From NCBI GenBank assembly GCA_963664815.2, contig CAXXHB010000003.1, positions 3,040,001-3,104,000 on the forward strand: a stretch of 64,000 bases of DNA, in the 5' to 3' direction. The stretch comes from Spirochaetota bacterium. Lineage in GTDB: Bacteria; Spirochaetota; UBA4802; UBA5550. Shown one piece after another: positions 38,370 through 48,629 of the stretch. The first letter of the stretch is position 1. The number at the start of each line of letters is the position of its first letter. Made by a program: the position numbers and the translations under genes. Under the pieces are notes generated by a model. That model did no database searches. It had not been told where the DNA came from and saw only the letters and a program-made list of their open reading frames with translations.

Positions 38370-39721
38370 AAATAAGCAATCTCTACATCAAGTACTTCAT
38401 TATAGTCATGACAATTATCATCGCCGCTCAGATCAGTATCGGCTTTCTTTTCCGTGTAGTAGGGGGGTTTAACGAAAAAAAGCATATCAACCCGGAGCTT
38501 TCATCCATTGCATTTCTTCTCAGTGATTACTGTAGTAAAAACACTCTTAACCGGGACAACAGAAATCTTCCGGCATTTCTGCAGAAACTCTCAAATTCCT
38601 GGACCTCAGATATCTGGCTGGAGGACAGTAAAGGGAATACTATAGCTGCAAGCACTGATTCTGAACGCCCCGACTTCCCTGTAAATATGGTCGAGATCGA
38701 GGAATACGGTATCTCAAAAGAGGCCAACAGCCATCCATCAGAACACCTTATAATAAAACCTGCCGGATCGGAATATATCTTTTACATAATCAGAAAAGGG
38801 AGGCCACCTTTTGCAAATGACATCTATTTCATAATAGGACTGGGAATAATAACCGTCATTGTTGCCCTTCTGCTTTTCCCCCTTTCCAAGAAGATAACCG
38901 TACCTTTAAAAAAGCTTACCGAATCTGCCAATGCAATTTCCCGCGGGGAGTTTGACATCCGGGTTGAAGAAACCTCTCATGACGAGGTAGGAGAACTTGC
39001 CAGGGCATTCAATGTCATGTCGGGACGGGTTCTTCAGATGATAAACGGGACAAAGGAGCTTACGGCAAATATCTCTCACCATATAAGGTCCCCCCTTTCA
39101 CGGATATCAGTCTCCGTAGAGATGATGCGCAACAGAATTAATTCGGGGAAAAAGACGGAAGCCGTAAATCTCCTTTCATCAGTTGAACAGGAGATTGATG
39201 AAATTGTTCAGCTCACTGAAAATATAATTGAACTGATACGGGTTGACATCGCGCATAAAAGCGACGAGTACAGTAAAATAAGCCTTACTGATATAGCGGC
39301 AGAAACTGCAGATAAGTTCGGGGAACTCATGCGTCAGAAATCTATAATCCACACACCTGATTTTTCCCGAATACCGATTATTATGTATGGAGTGCGCAGA
39401 GATATACGCGAACTTTTCGATATTCTCTATGACAACTCCGTACGCTACTCTCCGGTTAAAAGTACTGTAAACCTCAGCATCTCTGATGAAAACAGTCAGA
39501 TAACCATTATTCTGACTAACAGCTCAAAGCATCTTACAGAGAGTATGCTTAAATCCATCTTTGAACCATTTAAGCGTTTCGCACCGGAAAAGATATCCGG
39601 CAACGGCCTGGGCCTTGCAATTGCCAGAAGGATTGTTCAGAATCATGAAGGTATTATCGGAGCAGAAAGCAGTGAAGACCTTTTCTCCATAAAAATTGTA
39701 TTCAGGAAAAACACATTATAG
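38366..39721 (+). CDS. HAMP sensor histidine kinase
   Basis: Two TMs, HAMP (DEVGELARAFN), H-box ISHHIRSPL, GNGLGLAI. Start set at the ATGA overlap (38366). Confidence 0.92.
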   Translation: MKISNLYIKYFIIVMTIIIAAQISIGFLFRVVGGFNEKKHINPELSSIAFLLSDYCSKNTLNRDNRNLPAFLQKLSNSWTSDIWLEDSKGNTIAASTDSERPDFPVNMVEIEEYGISKEANSHPSEHLIIKPAGSEYIFYIIRKGRPPFANDIYFIIGLGIITVIVALLLFPLSKKITVPLKKLTESANAISRGEFDIRVEETSHDEVGELARAFNVMSGRVLQMINGTKELTANISHHIRSPLSRISVSVEMMRNRINSGKKTEAVNLLSSVEQEIDEIVQLTENIIELIRVDIAHKSDEYSKISLTDIAAETADKFGELMRQKSIIHTPDFSRIPIIMYGVRRDIRELFDILYDNSVRYSPVKSTVNLSISDENSQITIILTNSSKHLTESMLKSIFEPFKRFAPEKISGNGLGLAIARRIVQNHEGIIGAESSEDLFSIKIVFRKNTL

Positions 39722-39917
39722 CATTTTACGGTTGATAAGACCTTGTCATTTCGAACGTATGTGAGTGCTTCGACTCCGCTCAGCAAACATGAATAAAGGT
39801 CAGTGAGCCTGCCGAACTGCTCAGTCGCTATCACTTCTTCGAAATACGATGTGTTGAGCTTGTCATCATAAAAACGAAATGACAGACTATGTACTATTTC
39901 AATCGTGAAATGCTATA
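39717..39917. mobile_element. 201-bp MITE-like element with 19-bp TIRs and nested palindromes
   Basis: TATAGCATTTTACGGTTGA ... TCAATCGTGAAATGCTATA (17/19 match); inside it GTCATTTCG...CGAAATGAC; inside that TTCGACTCCGCTCA...TGAGCCTGCCGAA. Confidence 0.75.
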
Positions 39918-39975
39918 GTCAGCAATAAAAGCAGACAGTCTCGCATTGTAACTATCTGCCGGCTATCTGCTGATT

Positions 39976-40623
39976 TTACTCCAGAGTAAATGTAACAGGC
40001 AGATAGTGCGCCATCTTTACCCGCTTGCCGCTTTTATAGCCTGGTGAAAAACGCATTCTCTTTACAGCCTTGACCGCCTGTTCATTAAAACCGTACGGCG
40101 CTTTTCCCGATGCTATGTTGGCTGACATCAGCGCGCCGCTTTCATCTATCTGAACAAGCACCGTAACCTGGTATTCCTTTATATTTGCCGTTCTCGCCTC
40201 CTGCGGGAAATACTGCCTCAGGTCAAAATCAATAATCGGTTTAGGGGGCATGTCTCCATTGAATGAAAAGAGGTATCCGTTTTTGTCGGTACCGTCACCA
40301 GATATCTGGTTGGTATTAATTTCCTTCTCTTCCGGATCGGCGCCTGTTTTATTTTTCCCCTCAACCCAGTCCTGCCTCTCAACCGGAGCGGGATTTGAAT
40401 CGCCCCCTATCAGTTCAGGAGGTATATCTATCTCGAACTCCTGGCGTTCAAGGTCCATTCCGTTTTCAAGGGCCATTGATCTGGATGGAAGTCCCTGCGA
40501 AACAAAATAGCTCCCCGCAGCTGTCATATGTACGACAAAGGATATTATCAGGCTTGCCCTGAACAGGTGTTTTATCAGTATTTTGTGATTCCTGACATGG
40601 ATTATGATTGATTCATCAAGCAC
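39976..40623 (-). CDS. tonB: TonB family protein
   Basis: N-terminal TM with His; C-terminal domain YFPQEAR...VQIDESG...RFSPG...LPVTFTLE. Confidence 0.88.
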   Translation of the reverse strand: MLDESIIIHVRNHKILIKHLFRASLIISFVVHMTAAGSYFVSQGLPSRSMALENGMDLERQEFEIDIPPELIGGDSNPAPVERQDWVEGKNKTGADPEEKEINTNQISGDGTDKNGYLFSFNGDMPPKPIIDFDLRQYFPQEARTANIKEYQVTVLVQIDESGALMSANIASGKAPYGFNEQAVKAVKRMRFSPGYKSGKRVKMAHYLPVTFTLE

Positions 40624-40632
40624 AACATCCCC

Positions 40633-41037
40633 CTATTTTTTTACCGAAAGGGCTATTCTGGTAACGCCGCATCTGCGAAGTATACCCATCAGTTTTGAAA
40701 CACTCCCGTAAGTCAGGTTTTCATCAGCTGAAAGCGTAACCCTCATATTGGGGCGGTATTTGGCCTCGCGCGTCATATCATTTACCAGAGCCTGCTCCGT
40801 TACAAGATTCCCCTCAAGATAAAACTTCCCCTCCCTCGTTACGGCAATCTGCTTCGATTCCTTTATATTCGGATCTGCAGCCGCAACCCGCGGAAGATTA
40901 ATGTTTATCGATTCCTTTTTTAAGAAGTTTGCTGTTACCATAAATATAACAAGCAGAACAAGTATTATATCAACCATAGGAGTTATGTTTATATCGCTTA
41001 TTACTCCATCTTCACCTTTATCTGTTCCCATTCCCAT
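40633..41037 (-). CDS. exbD: ExbD/TolR
   Basis: INITPMVDIILVLLVIFMV; LSADENLTYG. Confidence 0.93.
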   Translation of the reverse strand: MGMGTDKGEDGVISDINITPMVDIILVLLVIFMVTANFLKKESININLPRVAAADPNIKESKQIAVTREGKFYLEGNLVTEQALVNDMTREAKYRPNMRVTLSADENLTYGSVSKLMGILRRCGVTRIALSVKK

Positions 41038-41116
41038 ACTATTCCTCCGCCGTTTTACTAAGGATTTTAAACATTCAAAATTATATCATATACATTTTTT
41101 CTTTGTTTAATTAAGA

Positions 41117-41734
41117 TTACCTGTTACCCTCTTTTGAAGAAGCCGCCAGAGCCTCTTTTGAGAGTATCTCAAGGTTCTGCATAATGGTTTTCAGCCTTTT
41201 GCTGAAAAAATTGTTCATCATAACAACAGGTATAGCTATAAGAAGACCGCATGCGGTTGAAAGCAGCGCCGTTGAAATACTCCTCATTACAACTTCCGCC
41301 CCGGTGTTCCCGAGTGTTCCCAGATTATAAAAAGCCTTTATTATCCCGAGAACAGTTCCCAGCAGCCCGATAAAAGGAGCATTATTTCCGAGGGTGCCGA
41401 GAATGATTATCCTTCTTTCAAGAAATATTCTCTCTTCAATAAGCTTTCCCTCCATTAGATGCGCAAGCGGTTTTTCACCTGTGCCGAAATGCTCCTGAAT
41501 AAATGCCGCAAAACGGGCATAGGCCGATTCGGGGTATGCTTTAATATATTCTCCAAGAGGAACAATATCACCCCCCCTGAGTTTTGTTATTATATCACTG
41601 AAAATCACATCTCCGATCTTCATATTGTGGCGGAATATTAGTCCCCTGTCAATTACAACAGCCACGGCAATAATGCTGGCGAGCACCATAACTGAAAAGA
41701 TCGCTCTTTCTCCAAGTGTAAGTAAATTTTCCAT
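41117..41734 (-). CDS. exbB: ExbB/TolQ proton channel
   Basis: APFIGLLGTVLGII, ALLSTACGLLIAIP. Confidence 0.93.
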   Translation of the reverse strand: MENLLTLGERAIFSVMVLASIIAVAVVIDRGLIFRHNMKIGDVIFSDIITKLRGGDIVPLGEYIKAYPESAYARFAAFIQEHFGTGEKPLAHLMEGKLIEERIFLERRIIILGTLGNNAPFIGLLGTVLGIIKAFYNLGTLGNTGAEVVMRSISTALLSTACGLLIAIPVVMMNNFFSKRLKTIMQNLEILSKEALAASSKEGNR

Positions 41735-41755
41735 TTAATCCCTCTTTAATTTCCT

Positions 41756-42118
41756 TTATTTTTTATTATCCCTGATATATCTTATTACTTTTCCCTTTAC
41801 GTAAATACTTTCAACTGTACCGACGATATATATTTCTCTCTCCCGGGTGAATACAGCCTCTATGAGGTTATCCCCCCCCTTTCTTTTTATCGCGTCATTT
41901 ACCGCTTCATCACAGTTTGCAGCTGGTGTAACGGGCAGAACCCAGAACATTTTAAAACTGCTTGATGTACCCTCCGATTCACCCAGTACCTCATAGTGCG
42001 GTGATGCCATAAACTTCGCGTTTGTCTCAACTCCCACAGCATGGGACTGCCATGATATGCATCCTGTTAAAGGCATAAAAGCAGCCATGAGAAAGAGAAA
42101 TTTCAGAACAGGTTTCAT
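41756..42118 (-). CDS. Small lipoprotein (TRL/Bor-like)
   Basis: Lipobox LTGC; VLGESEG...AIKRKGGDNLI; paralogue of the next gene. Confidence 0.7.
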   Translation of the reverse strand: MKPVLKFLFLMAAFMPLTGCISWQSHAVGVETNAKFMASPHYEVLGESEGTSSSFKMFWVLPVTPAANCDEAVNDAIKRKGGDNLIEAVFTREREIYIVGTVESIYVKGKVIRYIRDNKK

Positions 42119-42504
42119 TTCTTTTTATCCTTTTTTTTATCTTTTGCTTCTGTTTCAGCTGAAGCAAATTTTATCGCCTCACCTTCGACCTTTACAGTTG
42201 TTACACTTCCGATTACAAAATATATCCATCTCTCATAACATCTTACATTGATCAGCGTATCTCCGTTTTTTTCTTTTAAGGCATCTTTAATAGCGAGATC
42301 AAGGTCTGGCCTTCCTATCATAAAAAGCCCCAGTACAGAACCAGCTGTATCACTCCCCTCTGTCCTGCCCAGGTTCTCTGCCACCTCCTTTCCGCTCAGA
42401 GGCGTAACTGATGAGGTAACACATATAGGTGTTGTGCTGCAAGAAGCGAAAATTAAACCCGCTGCGCATAAAGATATAAGAACCATCCCTTTTTTCTTTT
42501 TCAT
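42115..42504 (-). CDS. Small lipoprotein (TRL/Bor-like)
   Basis: Lipobox FASC; LGRTEG...ALKEKNGDTLINV. Confidence 0.7.
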   Translation of the reverse strand: MKKKKGMVLISLCAAGLIFASCSTTPICVTSSVTPLSGKEVAENLGRTEGSDTAGSVLGLFMIGRPDLDLAIKDALKEKNGDTLINVRCYERWIYFVIGSVTTVKVEGEAIKFASAETEAKDKKKDKKK

Positions 42505-42566
42505 TATATTTTACTCTCCTTTGATTCTGTTATTATAACTGCACCTTCATTGACGATGCTTAAAAA

Positions 42567-45005
42567 CTAGAACTTCACCTCAACCCCGAAATTCGGGAAC
42601 ATCGCAATCCCGGTACTCTTTTTTATACTGGGGTTGCTGTCAGAATATGCGTAACGGTAATCCCATTTATACTCTTCACTCTGGTAATTATCAGCATTAA
42701 TAACTTCGATATACCAGGATAAATTCCCCCACCTGTAATTCGTTTTGTGGCTGTATCGTATATCAATTTCATGTCCGGGACTCAGACGCGCCGAATTTGT
42801 CTTCCCGTAAAGCGGTTCCCATCTTGTTCCATACCCGGCTACCACAGTTGAATACTTTGTACCTACTATCGGGGTATATGGAGTCATTGAATAAAACTGT
42901 ACCTTTGTGCTTATTGTATGCTTCCCGAAGGTATAACCCGCAACCAGCTTTCCCACATGGGTCTGGTCATAATATGAATTTATCCAAACATCGGCATAAT
43001 TATCAGTTTCCTTATTTGATTTTATCCTGGAATTCGAATATGTATAACTTACCCAGCCGAAAAGCCCCTGGTCACGTTCCTCGCTGATCTTTGCCATAAT
43101 CTCAAATCCGAAAGTACGCAGATCACTGACATTATGGAACTCCCTGTCAGACCCGGTCTGGGTTTCAGCGTCAACGATATCCCAGAAATTATTATAAAAA
43201 CCTTCAGTCTTGAAGGTATAATCCGAGACCTTCTGTTCAAGGCTTACCGCCCTGTGGATTGACCTCTGGGGATCGAGGTAATCCGCCGCTGCAAGATTTG
43301 GATATTCGTTGAAATATGTTGCATTTGTCTGCATAAAACAGCTGTAGTATCCCCCTGCAGCCCCCAGCGTTGTTCCCGTCGGAAATGCAATGCTGATTGA
43401 ACCACGTGGATCCATCGTACTCTTGTTTGCAGGATAAAGATGTTCCGCATGATAGCCTGGCACAAGGGTAACCCAGCCGAAGGTAAACTTGTTTTCAACA
43501 TAATAAACCAGTGTTTTATTTACCGTTTTACCATCTACACTGGTTTTTTCAAAGCTGTCAGGATCACCGGGATCAAAGCCTGAACTGGTATTTTTAGGCA
43601 ATACAACATATCCTTCGGTAACGAACCTGTAATAATTGCATTCAACACCTGCCCTGAGTTCTCCGTGTGACTTCCACCACTCAAGTTTAATTTTGTCTTT
43701 GAGTCCGAAAATATAGGGCTTTGACGTAGTCCCGATATCGTGCGCCCATGATGCCGTTGCAGAGGGTAGTTCAATCCAGCGGTAGAAACCGGTCATTGCA
43801 CCATAAGCAAGCAGAGTATTTGAAAATGATTCCCCCGGTCTGAACGTGTAGTAAAGGCCGACATTATGCGACTGCTGATCCTGTTTCCATGTCGCATTAG
43901 TAAAGTACGGGTCAGCGCCCGCATCAAGGTATTCATCTTTAAGAATCAATTTCATCGTATCCCTGCTTCCGAAAGCAAGAACGGTGAGAGAGTTGCTGCT
44001 GTCAAGGATATACTTTGCCTTGAACTGGTAATCCCAGTATTCCGGGACAGAATCAAGTTTCTGACCGAGAATATATTCATAAAAAAGCGGAATAAAAAGC
44101 GACAGGTACCCTATCCGCGCAGATGCAATAATATACCCTTTGTTGACATCCTTCTCCTTACCATCTACAAAGGTTTTTTCTGTAATCGGGGTTTTAACCA
44201 GAGCACAGGCTGATATAAGACCTACATCGACATTCCCCCCCTCTTCATTGACTTCATCTATTGTATTGATATTAATAATTCCCGCCTGCGCATTGGAAAA
44301 CTGCGACGGGTACGATGAGGCATAAAGGTCTATCTCCCTCATCAGATCATTATTTATTACTGAATGAAATCCCCCGAAGTGCATAGGATTAAAAAGCGGT
44401 ATGTCATCTATATAATATCCGTTTACAGCTGAGTCTGCACCCCTGATTACCAGAGGTCCGAATATACCTCCGGGACGTGAAACACTGGGGAGGGATGTCA
44501 GAGCGTTAATGGAATCTCCAAAAGAAGCAGGTACCTCCTTGATCTCCTTCTTACTCATTGTAAGACGCGAGATCTTCTGAATATCCTTTTCACCCTTGAT
44601 CACGACTCCATTCCCTTTTGAGACATAGGGGTTCAGAATAAAATTACGGGTAACATTTCCTTCAATGGTAACAAACGTGGTAATGCTCTCAAGTCCGGGC
44701 GACTGCACCTTTACCACATACTTTCCGCTCTTTGGTATCTCCATGTAATAATTCCCCTGCGGGGCATTGATAACAAGCCCAGCCTCCTGTATTATCACAA
44801 TGGCGAAATTGACAGCTTTCTGCGTAGACCCGTCAATAACCTTACCCTGCATTGAATACCGGGCAGCGTATACGGAGGTATAGCCTGACAGAAAAAACAT
44901 GGCTGATGAAATGAAAACAAGCCGGACAAAATTCTTTCTCATCTTAAAGAGATCCTTTTCTATATTTATTTTCATGCTATAGTCTCTATTCAAAGATTTA
45001 AACAC
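42567..45005 (-). CDS. TonB-dependent receptor with N-terminal carboxypeptidase-regulatory-like domain
   Basis: Plug motif LTSLPSV...IRG...YYIDDIP; beta-barrel; C-terminal FGVEVKF. True start may be 44975 or 44942. Confidence 0.9.
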   Translation of the reverse strand: MFKSLNRDYSMKINIEKDLFKMRKNFVRLVFISSAMFFLSGYTSVYAARYSMQGKVIDGSTQKAVNFAIVIIQEAGLVINAPQGNYYMEIPKSGKYVVKVQSPGLESITTFVTIEGNVTRNFILNPYVSKGNGVVIKGEKDIQKISRLTMSKKEIKEVPASFGDSINALTSLPSVSRPGGIFGPLVIRGADSAVNGYYIDDIPLFNPMHFGGFHSVINNDLMREIDLYASSYPSQFSNAQAGIININTIDEVNEEGGNVDVGLISACALVKTPITEKTFVDGKEKDVNKGYIIASARIGYLSLFIPLFYEYILGQKLDSVPEYWDYQFKAKYILDSSNSLTVLAFGSRDTMKLILKDEYLDAGADPYFTNATWKQDQQSHNVGLYYTFRPGESFSNTLLAYGAMTGFYRWIELPSATASWAHDIGTTSKPYIFGLKDKIKLEWWKSHGELRAGVECNYYRFVTEGYVVLPKNTSSGFDPGDPDSFEKTSVDGKTVNKTLVYYVENKFTFGWVTLVPGYHAEHLYPANKSTMDPRGSISIAFPTGTTLGAAGGYYSCFMQTNATYFNEYPNLAAADYLDPQRSIHRAVSLEQKVSDYTFKTEGFYNNFWDIVDAETQTGSDREFHNVSDLRTFGFEIMAKISEERDQGLFGWVSYTYSNSRIKSNKETDNYADVWINSYYDQTHVGKLVAGYTFGKHTISTKVQFYSMTPYTPIVGTKYSTVVAGYGTRWEPLYGKTNSARLSPGHEIDIRYSHKTNYRWGNLSWYIEVINADNYQSEEYKWDYRYAYSDSNPSIKKSTGIAMFPNFGVEVKF

Positions 45006-45166
45006 CCCTGAAGGGAATAGGTGTTACTTTATTAAAGAAAAATTACAGTAAAAATCACTGAATACAGGTTTTTTATTTAAATTTTTCCCTGGAATTTTAC
45101 ATCTTACTATCATGTTTTTCAGGTATCAAATTCTGAGTTCTGTCAATGTAAATACAGATTAATTTT

Positions 45167-45379
45167 TCAATCATTATCAATCCTGTACTCCAGAATATCT
45201 CCGGGCTGACATTCAAGATGCCTGCATATTTCATTAAGAGTTGATAGTCTTAATGCCCTGGCTTTCCCGGTTTTAAGAACGGAAAGATTCTGCTCTGTAA
45301 TTCCTATAAGAGCCGCAAGTTCATTGGATTTCATCTTGCGTCTTGCAAGCATAACATCCAGATTTATTATGATAGCCAT
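45167..45379 (-). CDS. XRE/Cro-C1 HTH regulator (YozG-like)
   Basis: MAIIINLDVMLARRKM...NLSVLKTGKA...CQPGDILEY. Confidence 0.92.
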   Translation of the reverse strand: MAIIINLDVMLARRKMKSNELAALIGITEQNLSVLKTGKARALRLSTLNEICRHLECQPGDILEYRIDND

Positions 45380-45388
45380 CAGCAGCCC

Positions 45389-45934
45389 CTATACCGTATA
45401 TTCCTGTTCATCCATCATTTCTTTACCCGCATCCATTATCCATGAAATCAGCACCACGATCATGCCGATTATGCACATCGCAATATCAGCAGACGACAGG
45501 GAGAGGGTAACTACTCTCTGGCCGGGAGGATTATGAAGTGAAATAATAACAGACATTGCAGAATTATGTATTATCCCTGCTATCATTGATATTATTATAA
45601 TGTATCCCAGTTTCCTGTAGCATTCAACATTTCCCCTGCTGAAAATAACACCTTTTTCATACAATGAAAAGAGTTTTATAAGAACATAAAAACCCCACAT
45701 CAATATAGAAGAGACCGCAAGCGCGGCCAGAGATGAATAAATCCTCTGGTCAACAGCAAGGTTGACAGGTGAAGTGATAAGATACTCTTTCATAATCTGT
45801 ATTTTCATTAAATACGGAAGGTTATTATAAAACATCCACATTATAACTGAAATCGCCGGCGTAATAATTATAAAACCGATAAACAACAGTTTAAAAAACC
45901 TGCTCCTCTTTTTAATTCTCTCAAGTCTTTCCAT
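45389..45934 (-). CDS. DUF2975 membrane protein
   Basis: Four TMs, GVIFS..NV, C-terminal EQEYTV; usual partner of a YozG-like HTH gene. Confidence 0.85.
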   Translation of the reverse strand: MERLERIKKRSRFFKLLFIGFIIITPAISVIMWMFYNNLPYLMKIQIMKEYLITSPVNLAVDQRIYSSLAALAVSSILMWGFYVLIKLFSLYEKGVIFSRGNVECYRKLGYIIIISMIAGIIHNSAMSVIISLHNPPGQRVVTLSLSSADIAMCIIGMIVVLISWIMDAGKEMMDEQEYTV

Positions 45935-46112
45935 AGATTATCTCCATTTTATATTCAGACTGTATCTGAATTCTGCCATTTTTATGCAAAATCCTGATTT
46001 ATTGTTCAGCCTGTGGAGGGTGATATATTTACAATAAAAGAAAATGTCAATAATTATTTATTGTTTATCGATAATAAATTATCTTTAATCATACATATGG
46101 ATGCAAATCAGA

Positions 46113-47711
46113 TTATTCAATACAGGCAATCTCTTCAACAACCTCACCGGCAACTATTTCATCTTTAGAAATTACTGCATTGCTCCCCGGCAGGAAAAGG
46201 GCGGCTATAAATGCCAGTACTACCAGGGTACTCCCTACCAGAAATGCATCCTGAAAAGAGAGTACCGTAGCACGCTGTACAACTTTTTTGACAAGAATTC
46301 CCTGTGCTGCCTGTGCTGACTGCGCATATGTATAGCCAAGCGAATGTATGTGATGGAACAGATTCTGAAATGATTCTGTAAATGCAGGGGATGTCCTGTC
46401 AATTGATGAAGCCAGGCCTCCGATATGATATGGAACCCTGTGCCCAAGAACAGTAGATAAAAGTGAAATTCCTACCGACCCGCCGACCTGCTGCATAATA
46501 TTAAGCATCGATGACGCCATTCCGGTATCCTTTTGTGGTACGGAATTCATCGCTGCAGCGGTAATCGGAGCCATGAGTAGCCCGAGACCTACCCCTCTGA
46601 CTATTGTCGGACTGATCAGATCAAACGCTGTCATGGTTACATCCATATTTCTGTACATGAACATAAAAAGCCAGAGTCCCGTAAGGCCGATCAGTGTCGG
46701 TATCCGCGGGCCAATTTTATCACCTATCCTTCCTCCAACCGGCATTATAAATGCCATAACAAGCGACCCCGGCAGGAGTATAAGCCCGCTCTGCATCTCC
46801 TCATATCCCATCTGCTGCTGCATAAAAAGCGGAAGAAGAAATATTCCGCCGAAAAGCACCACCGATCTGACCAGGAATACCACTGAGCAGGCGGAAAAAA
46901 CCGGTAATTTAAAAAGACTCAGATTTATTATACCATAATCTATAGTGGTTTCAACAAGAAGAAAACAGAGAAGTCCCAGCGCAGATATAACAGTGCATGT
47001 TAAAATATATACGGATGTCCACCCCTCGCTTTCACCTTTAGAAAGCCCGAGAAGTAACGCTACCAGGAATATCGTCAGGAAACAGAATCCCCATAAATCG
47101 AAAGGACGATGTGTGCTTTTATGAGGTACATCCCGAACCAGCAGTATAGATGCCGCTATAAATACCATTATTCCTATAGGGAGATTCACCAGGAATATTG
47201 ACCTCCATCCGAAATGGTTTGTCAGATAACCCCCGATTGTAGGTCCCACCGCCGGCCCCATTATTACGCCCATGCCCCATATTCCCATAGCCTTACCCCT
47301 TTCATGAGGTTCGAAGACTTCTGAAATCATAGCCATCCCTGTAGGAGTAATCGCCCCCCCTCCAAGAGCCTGTATTACCCTTGCGCCTATAAGCGACGGA
47401 AGATTCCATGCAACACCGCACAGCAGCGATCCCGCCGTAAAAACAACAAGACTCGCCATATATAGAGCCCTGTATCCGATTCTGTCCCTGAACCATGCAG
47501 TTAAAGGCATTAATGTTGCAAATGCGATCATATAACCGGTGACAACCCACTCAATTTCATCCACGCTGGCGCCGAAGTCTGCCATAATCGCCGGAATTGA
47601 AACGTTAACAATACTGCTGTCGAGACTTGCCATCAGCGTTCCCGCCATGACTATCCCCATAACCATCCATTTGTAATTATCAGGCCTTTCATGCCTGCCG
47701 GCAGAACTCAT
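46113..47711 (-). CDS. DHA2 MFS efflux permease (EmrB-like)
   Basis: LDSSIVNVSIP, WVVTGY, GPAVGPTIGG, WRSIFLVNLPIG. Confidence 0.93.
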   Translation of the reverse strand: MSSAGRHERPDNYKWMVMGIVMAGTLMASLDSSIVNVSIPAIMADFGASVDEIEWVVTGYMIAFATLMPLTAWFRDRIGYRALYMASLVVFTAGSLLCGVAWNLPSLIGARVIQALGGGAITPTGMAMISEVFEPHERGKAMGIWGMGVIMGPAVGPTIGGYLTNHFGWRSIFLVNLPIGIMVFIAASILLVRDVPHKSTHRPFDLWGFCFLTIFLVALLLGLSKGESEGWTSVYILTCTVISALGLLCFLLVETTIDYGIINLSLFKLPVFSACSVVFLVRSVVLFGGIFLLPLFMQQQMGYEEMQSGLILLPGSLVMAFIMPVGGRIGDKIGPRIPTLIGLTGLWLFMFMYRNMDVTMTAFDLISPTIVRGVGLGLLMAPITAAAMNSVPQKDTGMASSMLNIMQQVGGSVGISLLSTVLGHRVPYHIGGLASSIDRTSPAFTESFQNLFHHIHSLGYTYAQSAQAAQGILVKKVVQRATVLSFQDAFLVGSTLVVLAFIAALFLPGSNAVISKDEIVAGEVVEEIACIE

Positions 47712-47713
47712 CT

Positions 47714-48586
47714 TCAGCGCACCCTTATTTTTACTTCAACAGACTGCCCGACCCTGAGGTTTACACCCGGATGAGGGTCCAGTTCAATCTTTACGGGGAT
47801 TCTCTGTACAAGCTTTATAAAATTACCCGCCGAGCTGTCAGAAGGAATGAGGGCAAATGTCGCTGCCGTAGCCTTCCGCACCTCAAGCACCTTCCCTGTA
47901 AGCTTTCCACCTTCATCAATATAAATTGTCACTCTCTGCCCGGGGCGTACAAGGGCTACAGATGTCTCTTCTATATTTGCCGACGCCCATGCATGCCCTA
48001 TGTCAACAACCGTTACTGCAGTCTGGTTTGTCTCCAGAATATTACCTGTCTGCGCCAGTTTCTGCACCACAACTCCATCTACCGGGCTTCTGAGTGTTGT
48101 AAATTCAAGGGCCAGAGCGGCAAGCTGAAGATCACCTTCCGCGCCAAGGGCTTCCGATCTGGCCCTGTCTAGCTGCTGACGGCTCGCGCCGTTCTGCGCA
48201 GTAAGTGACTCCATGCGCTGAAGTTCCATAGATGCAAAAGATGCCCTGGCCTTTGCTTTTTTATACTGGGCTTCTGCCGCACGATGATCAAGCTCTGCAA
48301 GCTCCATCCCGGACGTTACATTATCACCCTCGGACACATTGATTTTTAAAATCTGACCGTTAACGCCGCGATTGGCAATTTTTACAATATCTGCCATTAT
48401 CCTTGCATCATCAGTTGAAACATAGGGCCTTAAAAATACTATCCAGAATAGTATGACGATAAATGTTAGACCTCCGACTGCGCAGGCTGCTATCCTGGAT
48501 GCGCGGGTCTGCCACCATGATGTTTTATTTTTTCCAGCCGTAGTATCTTCAAACTGTGATACTACCGGTATGCTTTTTTTATTCAT
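47714..48586 (-). CDS. EmrA/HlyD-family adaptor
   Basis: VSTDDA, LRSPVDG, FALIP...GNFIKLVQRIPV. Confidence 0.92.
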   Translation of the reverse strand: MNKKSIPVVSQFEDTTAGKNKTSWWQTRASRIAACAVGGLTFIVILFWIVFLRPYVSTDDARIMADIVKIANRGVNGQILKINVSEGDNVTSGMELAELDHRAAEAQYKKAKARASFASMELQRMESLTAQNGASRQQLDRARSEALGAEGDLQLAALALEFTTLRSPVDGVVVQKLAQTGNILETNQTAVTVVDIGHAWASANIEETSVALVRPGQRVTIYIDEGGKLTGKVLEVRKATAATFALIPSDSSAGNFIKLVQRIPVKIELDPHPGVNLRVGQSVEVKIRVR

Positions 48587-48629
48587 TCTGCACCTCTGAA
48601 TATATATCAGTTAATTTTTTAATTTAACT

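Noticed and set aside
45006-45166. Riboswitch or Fur box upstream of the TonB receptor
   Set aside because: No B12-box, TPP motif or GATAATGATAATCATTATC-like site recognisable by eye.
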